Below, piece after piece: positions 56,533 through 64,000 of a DNA stretch of 64,000 nucleotides (positions are counted from its first letter, which is position 1; every line of letters starts with the position of its first letter). The notes beneath the pieces were generated by a model. That model was not told the origin of the DNA, did not search any database, and saw only the letters and a program-made list of their open reading frames with translations. Location of the stretch: assembly GCA_041653675.1 (NCBI GenBank), contig JBAZEY010000005.1:10164-74163 (forward strand), read 5' to 3'. This DNA comes from Patescibacteria group bacterium. GTDB lineage: Bacteria > Patescibacteriota > Patescibacteriia > XYB2-FULL-38-15. The translations under genes were made by a program, and so were the position numbers.

Positions 56533-59199
56533 TTATAATGACCTTTCCCCCACCATTGGCCCGGCAACTCCCTCTGGCACGCCGAGCTGCGTTCTCTCGG
56601 AAATTTCCGCTTCCACGATACTTTTATCGCGGCCGTATTTTAATCTGGCAAGTTGTTTCAAGGCTTGGGCTAATTCCGCGTCACCTTTTTGCGGCGCAAG
56701 AGTTTGCATATTAAACGCTTTGGAAGCCGCGTTATCAATTAAAAGTTTAATGTAGGCTGTGTATTTTTCCACATTCAACAAATCGTATTCGTTAACGGTC
56801 GGCGCGAATTCTTTGGCAATTGTTTCCACGTCATCCACGCCAATTCTGAAAGATATCATCGTCCCGGCATTGCCGAAAACCGCGTCGCGAATTTTTGTGT
56901 CATTATTTTTTACCAACTGCCCGACATACTGATGGGCAATCGTAAGGCACAGCCGATATTTTCGAGCTTCAGATAAAATTGTGGCGATGCTGTCGGTAAT
57001 AAAATTTTGGAACTCATCAATATAAAGATAAAAATCATGGCGCTCGGCTTCGGGCAATTCGGCCCGGCTCATCGCAGCCATCTGAAGTTTTGAAACAATA
57101 ATCAAGCCCAAAAGTTCGCTGTTCACTTCACCGGTTTTGCCTTTTGCCAGATTCACAAGCAAAATTTTCTTCTTATCCATTATTTCCCTAAAATCAAAAC
57201 CTGAACGGGATTGTCCAATAATATTTCTTATCATTTCGTTTTCCACAAATCGGCCGACTTTGGAAATCAAGTAACCCAACATTTCTGATTTATGAAAATC
57301 CGAAGTCTTGGCCATTTCTTTTTCCCAAAAAGAGCGGACAACCGGATCTTTGACTTTCGCCACCCAAGATTTTTGAAATTCATTATCGGAAAACATTCTT
57401 GGAATTTCCGCGATTGTGCCGGGATTTGCCAAATCCGACATCAAAGTCAACATCACATTTCTCATGTTATGCTCAAACATCGGACCGATCATTTCTGGCG
57501 GGAAAAGTTTATAAAAAATAGCGATCATTTCCTGGACGGCAAAATCTTTTTGCGATTCATCTTTGGCCTCAAGCATATTTAGACCAATCGGCCGGTCCGC
57601 GTCTGACGGATCAAAAATAATTACGTCGTCCAACCGTTCTTTCGGTATGCCAGTCAAAATTTCTTCAATCAAATCGCCGTGCGGATCAACTACGGCTACG
57701 CCTTCGCCATTAGCAATATCCTGCTTAACCATATTGGCAAGCAAGACAGATTTACCAACGCCGGATTTACCAATGACATAAACATGGCGGCGGCGGTCTT
57801 CTCTTTTAATTTTAACCATTACTTCCGTTCCGCGGAAAGTGGATTTCCCAAGCGTCACTCCTTCTTTTGGCATATTAATCGGCGGCGCGGCTTTTTTTGC
57901 CAAAAGCCACTGGATATTGGGCGCTTCGGTCCAGGGCGAAGGAAAATGAAAGAGACTTGCCATTTCTTCCGAGTTCAAAACAACTTTTTTCTTTTCATGA
58001 AAACCTCTATGGATAAAATCTCTAATCAATTTTTTCAAATGACGGCCGCCCGGTGCCGTACGCGCGAAACTATTTCCGTATTGATAAATATTATACTGGG
58101 AAAAAGCGTTCGAAATATTATCCAAATTCATTTTTGCCCGCGCGCTATTTGGTGATGATGAGATGATTCTAACATTGACATCAACTCCAGCCTTACTCGC
58201 CTTTTCTTCAAGACCCTTTACCATTTCCTCTTCCATCGGCGAAAGACGATAAATTTCCGGTTGAGGCTTTAATTGATCTTCTGGTTTCTTTTTCGTTCCG
58301 CCGGCAAACATTTTTCCCAATTCTCCCAATATTTTCATGAAGATATTTCCGCTAACCGATGACATTGCTTCGCCAAGCTTCTTTCCTTGTTGCATTTCCT
58401 GGGCAATTTTTATGCCTGGCCGGCGCCATTCTTTACGCGCTGAGCGTATTACAAATTGAATAGCCGCGCCTTCATTTTTTTCCAACTTTGAGAGGACGTT
58501 TGTCAGACCGTTCATCGGGTCTGTCTCCATTTTTTTATAAGTTTTTATCGGGAAAAAATGCGGGCGCTTGAAAGTTAAATAAGCGCCGCGGATATCTCCG
58601 GTCGGCGTAAAAATATTATAATCTTTGATTTCTTCAATAAAAGCCTCGTGATAATTCGCTCTGATTTGCTGTTCAATATATTCCTGCAAATATTTTGGCA
58701 CGGCTACATAAAAAGAAATTAACCCTTTGTCGGCGATAATTTCAAAAGAAAGATAATCTGTCCGTCCGGTAAGCCAGGCGCCAATTCCTTTTTGCGCTTT
58801 TAATCCGCCAATCGACGCGAAAAGAGCTTCGGCCGTGGCAACACCCTCTTGAATAGTTTGGACGGTAATCTCTCTTTTTTCCTGAGCTTGGGCCCTTTCC
58901 GCTGATTCTTTGGGAACCGTAACGAGCAAAACTATATTTTTAAAAGAGGTGGACATCTTTGTCCGATGATGCAAAAATTTTCTAAGCAGAGAAATTAAAA
59001 ACCACGATCCTAAAAAAATCGCGGCAAGCGTAAAAATCATTATGCCAATCGGACTCTCCGCAAAACTTCCGACTTCTTCAGGAATTTCCGGAGTCGGCAG
59101 GGTAATTTGATAAAAGGAAAAAACGAAAAGCGCGGCGAGCGCAGTGCTCGGTAGCCATCTTTTTATTTTATGCCAATTTTTTTTCTCTACATCCTCCAT
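56533..59199 (-). CDS. Membrane-anchored VirB4/TraD/HerA-like ATPase (fused form)
   Basis: Two TM, GKSGVGKS, VVDPHGD, LYIDEFQN, SEARKY. Confidence 0.87.
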   Translation of the reverse strand: MEDVEKKNWHKIKRWLPSTALAALFVFSFYQITLPTPEIPEEVGSFAESPIGIMIFTLAAIFLGSWFLISLLRKFLHHRTKMSTSFKNIVLLVTVPKESAERAQAQEKREITVQTIQEGVATAEALFASIGGLKAQKGIGAWLTGRTDYLSFEIIADKGLISFYVAVPKYLQEYIEQQIRANYHEAFIEEIKDYNIFTPTGDIRGAYLTFKRPHFFPIKTYKKMETDPMNGLTNVLSKLEKNEGAAIQFVIRSARKEWRRPGIKIAQEMQQGKKLGEAMSSVSGNIFMKILGELGKMFAGGTKKKPEDQLKPQPEIYRLSPMEEEMVKGLEEKASKAGVDVNVRIISSSPNSARAKMNLDNISNAFSQYNIYQYGNSFARTAPGGRHLKKLIRDFIHRGFHEKKKVVLNSEEMASLFHFPSPWTEAPNIQWLLAKKAAPPINMPKEGVTLGKSTFRGTEVMVKIKREDRRRHVYVIGKSGVGKSVLLANMVKQDIANGEGVAVVDPHGDLIEEILTGIPKERLDDVIIFDPSDADRPIGLNMLEAKDESQKDFAVQEMIAIFYKLFPPEMIGPMFEHNMRNVMLTLMSDLANPGTIAEIPRMFSDNEFQKSWVAKVKDPVVRSFWEKEMAKTSDFHKSEMLGYLISKVGRFVENEMIRNIIGQSRSGFDFREIMDKKKILLVNLAKGKTGEVNSELLGLIIVSKLQMAAMSRAELPEAERHDFYLYIDEFQNFITDSIATILSEARKYRLCLTIAHQYVGQLVKNNDTKIRDAVFGNAGTMISFRIGVDDVETIAKEFAPTVNEYDLLNVEKYTAYIKLLIDNAASKAFNMQTLAPQKGDAELAQALKQLARLKYGRDKSIVEAEISERTQLGVPEGVAGPMVGERSL

Positions 59200-59205
59200 A
59201 AAATT

Positions 59206-59706
59206 CTATTCTATTTTTTGTTTTTCTTTTTCCGCCATCGCCATCACCTTGTCTGTTTTAATTTTTGCTTCCTGCTCCAGAAAAAATTTATTAACTCCGG
59301 GAATAATTTTGAGCCAACTACGTATTAATTTTAAAATTTTTCGGGCAACATTCCTCCCCGTCTCCACCATTTTTTCTATTTTTGAAGCCGTTTCTTCTCC
59401 CTTTTCTTTAAATGCCTGCTGACGCGCCGGCGGCATGGAAAAATAAAATGACTCCAGGTCTTCCTCCAGAATTTTTTCTATTTTAATCAACGTCCCGCTT
59501 TTTTCCGGCTTCTCCGTGATCGGATGGACCACGGCCGAAACAAGCGGTTTTTTTCCGTTTTTTTCTTCGGCCGGAATGACTTTTTCCCATTCTGGCTTCG
59601 GCGCCGCCTCCGCTTCAACTTTTTTTTCAGGAACAATCGCCTGCTCCTTCTCCGGAACCATTTTTTCTAAGCCGCCGATTTTTTCTGTTTTATCTTTTAT
59701 ATCCAT
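59206..59706 (-). CDS. Hypothetical protein
   Basis: IEKILEEDL, WL..IPGVNKFFLEQEAKIK. Confidence 0.7.
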   Translation of the reverse strand: MDIKDKTEKIGGLEKMVPEKEQAIVPEKKVEAEAAPKPEWEKVIPAEEKNGKKPLVSAVVHPITEKPEKSGTLIKIEKILEEDLESFYFSMPPARQQAFKEKGEETASKIEKMVETGRNVARKILKLIRSWLKIIPGVNKFFLEQEAKIKTDKVMAMAEKEKQKIE

Positions 59707-59822
59707 GTATACAAAAATTACGCTCAATCCGTTGTTAATTTCTCAATTGTATCATAATTTATAAATTTGTGCTAAAATGAAGTTGTTGATAACTTTTACA
59801 TTACACAATATCTAGGAGGAGT

Positions 59823-60734
59823 ATGATAAAAAACGTTCTAGAATTTCGAGGTTCAAAGTTTTCTTGGACAAATGTAACAAAAAATAGCAAAAAGGAAATT
59901 GAATATCTCGGAAAAAAATTCGGTTTTCACGAAATTGATTTGAAAGATTGTCTGCCGCCTCTTCAGCGGCCAAAATTGGTGGTCCGGCCGGATTACCTCT
60001 TCATGATTTTGCTTTTTCCTGTTTTTGACAGAAAAACCAGAATTCTCCACGCTTCGGAAGTGGATTTTTTTATTACCCGCGGAACGCTTGTTACCGTGAA
60101 TTCAGATAATATTGCCCCGCTTCAAGAAATTTTTGACAAATGCCGCGCGAAAAAAAATAAATGTTCCAATATCCCCGATCTTTTGCATGAAATTCTCCAC
60201 GAACTTCTTCTTTCCTGTTTTCCCATGCTTGTCCATATTTCCACTGATATTGATAATGTGGAAAATCAGCTGCGTTCCGAATTTGAAAAAGGAACTATCA
60301 CGGAAATTCTGCGCATCAAAACCAATATCGTAAATTTCCGCAAAGCGATGCAGCCCCACAAGCAAGTCATCAGGGCTCTTGTTTCTGAAGCGCCGAAATT
60401 TTTCCCGACGCAAAAAATGAAAATTTATTTTGAAAATCTTGTCAACAATACAAAAGAAATTTGGGATCTTCTGGATAACTATAAAGACACGATCGACGCC
60501 CTTCATGAAACAAATGTTTCCTTGATTGACTTCCGCATCAATGAAATCATGAAGACTCTAACTATTTTTTCTGTGATTGTTTTTCCGTTGACGCTCTTGG
60601 CTGCGATTTTTGGCATGGACACCCCCGGCATGCCGCTCGCCAACCATCCTTATGGATTTTGGATAATTCTTACCTCTATGCTTTTTAGCGCCCTTGGACT
60701 GCTCTGGTTTTTTGAAAAGAAAAAGTGGCTGTAA
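59823..60734 (+). CDS. CorA-family divalent cation transporter
   Basis: QRPK, INEIMK.LT, two C-terminal TM; GMD in place of GMN. Confidence 0.9.
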   Translation: MIKNVLEFRGSKFSWTNVTKNSKKEIEYLGKKFGFHEIDLKDCLPPLQRPKLVVRPDYLFMILLFPVFDRKTRILHASEVDFFITRGTLVTVNSDNIAPLQEIFDKCRAKKNKCSNIPDLLHEILHELLLSCFPMLVHISTDIDNVENQLRSEFEKGTITEILRIKTNIVNFRKAMQPHKQVIRALVSEAPKFFPTQKMKIYFENLVNNTKEIWDLLDNYKDTIDALHETNVSLIDFRINEIMKTLTIFSVIVFPLTLLAAIFGMDTPGMPLANHPYGFWIILTSMLFSALGLLWFFEKKKWL

Positions 60735-60735
60735 A

Positions 60736-62172
60736 TTAATTCTTGCTTTTTACTTTCTGCCCTTCGGCCGTGTCTTCTACCGTAAACCCGAGTTTCTCAA
60801 TTTCTCCACGCACCTCGTCCGCCCGTTTCCAATCCTTCGCGCCTCTTGCCTGCTCGCGTTCTGTGAGCAGCTTTTTTATTTCTTCCGGAATTTTCTCCGC
60901 TTTAATTTTTTCTAAACCAAAACCAAGTACGTCGTCCATTTCCCGCAAGACTTTTTTTGCCGCGGCTAATTCTTTTTTTGAAACGCCGGCCGCCAAACCG
61001 ACGTTAATCTGCCGGATAAAATTAAATAAAACCGCGAGTGCTCCGGAAATATTTAAATCATCGTCAAGCGCCGCCTCAAATTCTTTTTTCGCCATCTCCG
61101 CCGCGGCGACGAGATTTCCGCTTCCCCCACTTTTGGGCGCGGTCTCATTAATTTTTGTCCAAACTTCATCAATTTTCGCAATATTTTTTTCCGCCACCCC
61201 TAGCCCATCAAAAGTAAAATTCAACGAATCGCGATAATGCGAAGTCAAAAGTAGATAGCGCAACGCTCGCGGCGAATAACCTTTTTCTGTAATTTGTGCC
61301 AAAGTATAAAAATTATTTTTTGACTTGCTCATTTTCTCGCCGTCCACCATCAAATGCTTTACGTGCAGCCAAAAACGGACAAATTGTTTGCCGGTCGCGC
61401 CTTCGGATTGGGCAATCTCTGATTCGTGATGCGGAAATTTGTTATCTTCACCGCCGGTATGAATATCAATCGTCTCGCCCAAATATTTCGTGGACATCGC
61501 GGAACATTCAATATGCCAACCCGGGTAGCCCTTTCCCCAAGGAGAATTCCATTGCATAATATGCGACGGATTTTTTATCCATAAAGCAAAATCGTAAGGA
61601 TTTTTTTTCTCGGAAATTACTTCCACCCGCGCGCCCGCGATTAAATCTTCGAGTTTGTTTCCGGAAAGTTTTCCCCAACCGGAAAATTTTGACAAATCAA
61701 AATAAACCGAACCGTTTACCTCGTAGGCGTAACCGTTTTTTATCAACTTCAGAATTATTTTTATCATCTCTTTCACGTGATCGGTTGCTTTGGGATATTT
61801 CCACGCTTTTTCAAAATTCATTTTCTTTATATCCGCGAAAAATGCTTTAGTAAAAAAATCGGCAATCTGCCAGGGATCTTTTTTCTCGCGACGCGCCGCG
61901 GCTTCCATTTTATCTTCCCCAATATCGGCATCAGCCACCATATGCCCGACATCAGTAATATTCATCACCTGCTTCACTTTATATTTTTTAAATTCTAAAA
62001 AACGCCGCAGCAAATCGGCAACTAAAAAAGACCGAAGGTTTCCGATATGGACATAATCATAAACCGTCGGTCCGCAAGTGTACATTGTCACCAACTTTTT
62101 TTTATTTTTTTCCTCAACTAGAGACTGAAAATTTTCTTTTTGTTTTGTAAGAGAATTGTAGAGTTTTAGCAT
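60736..62172 (-). CDS. cysS: Cysteine--tRNA ligase
   Basis: CGPTVY..HIGN, PGWHIECS, KMSKS. Confidence 0.97.
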   Translation of the reverse strand: MLKLYNSLTKQKENFQSLVEEKNKKKLVTMYTCGPTVYDYVHIGNLRSFLVADLLRRFLEFKKYKVKQVMNITDVGHMVADADIGEDKMEAAARREKKDPWQIADFFTKAFFADIKKMNFEKAWKYPKATDHVKEMIKIILKLIKNGYAYEVNGSVYFDLSKFSGWGKLSGNKLEDLIAGARVEVISEKKNPYDFALWIKNPSHIMQWNSPWGKGYPGWHIECSAMSTKYLGETIDIHTGGEDNKFPHHESEIAQSEGATGKQFVRFWLHVKHLMVDGEKMSKSKNNFYTLAQITEKGYSPRALRYLLLTSHYRDSLNFTFDGLGVAEKNIAKIDEVWTKINETAPKSGGSGNLVAAAEMAKKEFEAALDDDLNISGALAVLFNFIRQINVGLAAGVSKKELAAAKKVLREMDDVLGFGLEKIKAEKIPEEIKKLLTEREQARGAKDWKRADEVRGEIEKLGFTVEDTAEGQKVKSKN

Positions 62173-62232
62173 TTTGTTTTAATAACTTTTTTTATTTTGA
62201 TTACTCCGCACGATGACACTTTTTTATTTTAA

Positions 62233-64000
62233 TTAGTTTGCCCGCAATCCAGTGTCGGAAAAAGTTCCGGCCCCGCCACAAAAAGCTTTTGCTTCACCGC
62301 CGCCGTAGTCAGCAATCAACCTTCCTTCGTTCGCCGCGCCGTCATTACACCTATAAACAATAAATACCCCGGCGCCAGCGGGACAATTTGTTCCATCTTG
62401 TAAACAAACATTCTTCCCGGAAACTGTAGCGTTGCCGACTACCGTCAATGAACCAGACACTTGCAGTTCATCATTCACATAAACGTAATTAGCCGGATAA
62501 TCAATATCTGCCCGGAGAGTAAGGTTCCCCGCGTTAACGCCCGGAATAGAAGAATCCGTGGACAGAAGCCCCGTTGTACCATCGTGTCTTAAAACTACTG
62601 CCTTTGTATTGCTTACATCGCTCGTCTGCAGGGTACCGCCTCCGTAAGCATTGACGCTGCTTCCACTTACTTGTCCATCACTAAAAAATGAACTGCTGGA
62701 ATAGAACCTTCCCATCATATCTTCCCATTTTATATATTTTGTCCCATCATCAAAATAAATATAATCATCATTTCCCGCCGCAGCCACTCCAACATTTAAA
62801 TTTCCACCGACCGTAAGCGCATCCGCAGCTTTATCAAAAGTTAAACCAGCATCACCCGTAAAAATTCCGCCGTCGTTAAACTGAATCTGTCCTGCCACGC
62901 CCCCGGGCGTAACTCCCGCCGGCCACGCGCCAAGACAATTTCCTTGAATACAAAGTTTCACGACATTTAATGTTCCAGCTCCTCGATATCCACCCGCTGC
63001 CGCGCCCACGACTTCAGCCTCAGCATAAACTCCTTTCCCGCCCAAAAAATATCCGCCCCAACCATCAGCCGCGCCAGCTTCTCCATAAACCGCCGTACTG
63101 CCCGCGCCAGATGCCTGAAAAAATCCGCCATAACTTGCCCCGTTGCCCTTGACTCCGACCCCCAAAGCGCCAGCTGCCGTAAAATAACCGCCATAATTTG
63201 CCACTGCTCCATTTGATGTCGCTTCACCATAAACGCCCATCACACTACCAGCACCAGACGCCTCACCGTAAACGCCACGGGCAAAATTAGTCGCGCTTAA
63301 AGTTTTTCCGTGAACGCCGTAATTAATTCCCGCGACGGCCGTCGCTTCGCCATAAATTCCTTTACCGTTGCCCGCCGAACTGGATCCCTGAATCGCCGGC
63401 GTTAAATTTGTATTCGCGTTTATTTGGCCAGCCACGTCAAGCTTGTAGGTTGGAATTATTGTGCCAATGCCTACGCTTCCGTCGCTTGTTACAATCAACC
63501 TGTTTGTTTCTCCCACTCCAGCTTTCCAAAAACGCAACTGATCAGTTCCCGTATCGCGGTAAATCGCCCAGTGCGTATCCATTGCCGGACTGCCAAAATC
63601 CAATTCTGGATTGCTGCCAGGCGTTGGGAGAAGATAAATTCTTGGCGCTACGCCACCAACCATTAAATTGAAGGCTGTATTTGTTGTCCCAATTCCCACA
63701 TTGCCGGCGGCGCCAATCATTATCCGACCAACTCCGTTTGTTTCAAAAGACATGGGTACATTATCATTGGTTCCTAAAACCGCGGTCGGACCAAAGCCAA
63801 TATTTCCTTCATCAACAAAAGCACTCACCGCTTCGGGCCAATTATTGCGACAATTTCCTTGAATACAAAGTTGCTCGGCATTCAATGTTCCCACACCCAT
63901 ATTTCCTCCGGCTGGCACGCCGACAATCTGCCCTTGACCCACGGAAAAATTTCCGCCGATAGTTAAATCGCCGGTTTTAATTTGCGCCCCGGCGCCAACA
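62233..64000 (-). CDS. Gly-rich repetitive fibre/adhesin-like surface protein, 5'-partial
   Basis: Frame stays open to the window edge; GNVGIGT and GVYG repeats, LCIQGNC twice. Confidence 0.75.
   Translation of the reverse strand, partial: VGAGAQIKTGDLTIGGNFSVGQGQIVGVPAGGNMGVGTLNAEQLCIQGNCRNNWPEAVSAFVDEGNIGFGPTAVLGTNDNVPMSFETNGVGRIMIGAAGNVGIGTTNTAFNLMVGGVAPRIYLLPTPGSNPELDFGSPAMDTHWAIYRDTGTDQLRFWKAGVGETNRLIVTSDGSVGIGTIIPTYKLDVAGQINANTNLTPAIQGSSSAGNGKGIYGEATAVAGINYGVHGKTLSATNFARGVYGEASGAGSVMGVYGEATSNGAVANYGGYFTAAGALGVGVKGNGASYGGFFQASGAGSTAVYGEAGAADGWGGYFLGGKGVYAEAEVVGAAAGGYRGAGTLNVVKLCIQGNCLGAWPAGVTPGGVAGQIQFNDGGIFTGDAGLTFDKAADALTVGGNLNVGVAAAGNDDYIYFDDGTKYIKWEDMMGRFYSSSSFFSDGQVSGSSVNAYGGGTLQTSDVSNTKAVVLRHDGTTGLLSTDSSIPGVNAGNLTLRADIDYPANYVYVNDELQVSGSLTVVGNATVSGKNVCLQDGTNCPAGAGVFIVYRCNDGAANEGRLIADYGGGEAKAFCGGAGTFSDTGLRAN

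Overview
Low-GC bacterial chromosome segment, code 11, with almost every gene on the minus strand. Gene content points to Patescibacteria (CPR); this is an inference from the short AlaRS, a secretin-less type IV pilus operon, paired VirB4/HerA-like ATPases and GWAW-repeat surface proteins. Core content: infA-rpmJ-rpsM-rpsK-rpsD-rpoA-rplQ-rplM-rpsI, alaS, cysS, gatCA, tRNA/rRNA modification genes (queA, queH, mnmA, truB, rlmN, rsmE, SpoU family), ligA, recJ, RNase HI, dnaX, lepA, murJ, ackA-pduL, corA and tRNA-Gln(CTG). Structure these genes do not explain: (1) five GC-rich single-gene cassettes, each with its own SD and terminator and four with a consensus sigma70 promoter; two tandem cassettes share near-identical flanks around unrelated ORFs, and one is wrapped in large structured RNA elements; (2) a three-hairpin repeat found twice, each time inside a dead partial duplicate of a gene end (rpsI, rnhA); (3) two MITE-like elements inserted at start codons; (4) an A9 slippage site in dnaX; (5) a tRNA att-like scar. 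No CRISPR array, rRNA, integrase, transposase or reverse transcriptase is visible. All structures were read by eye; no searches were run.
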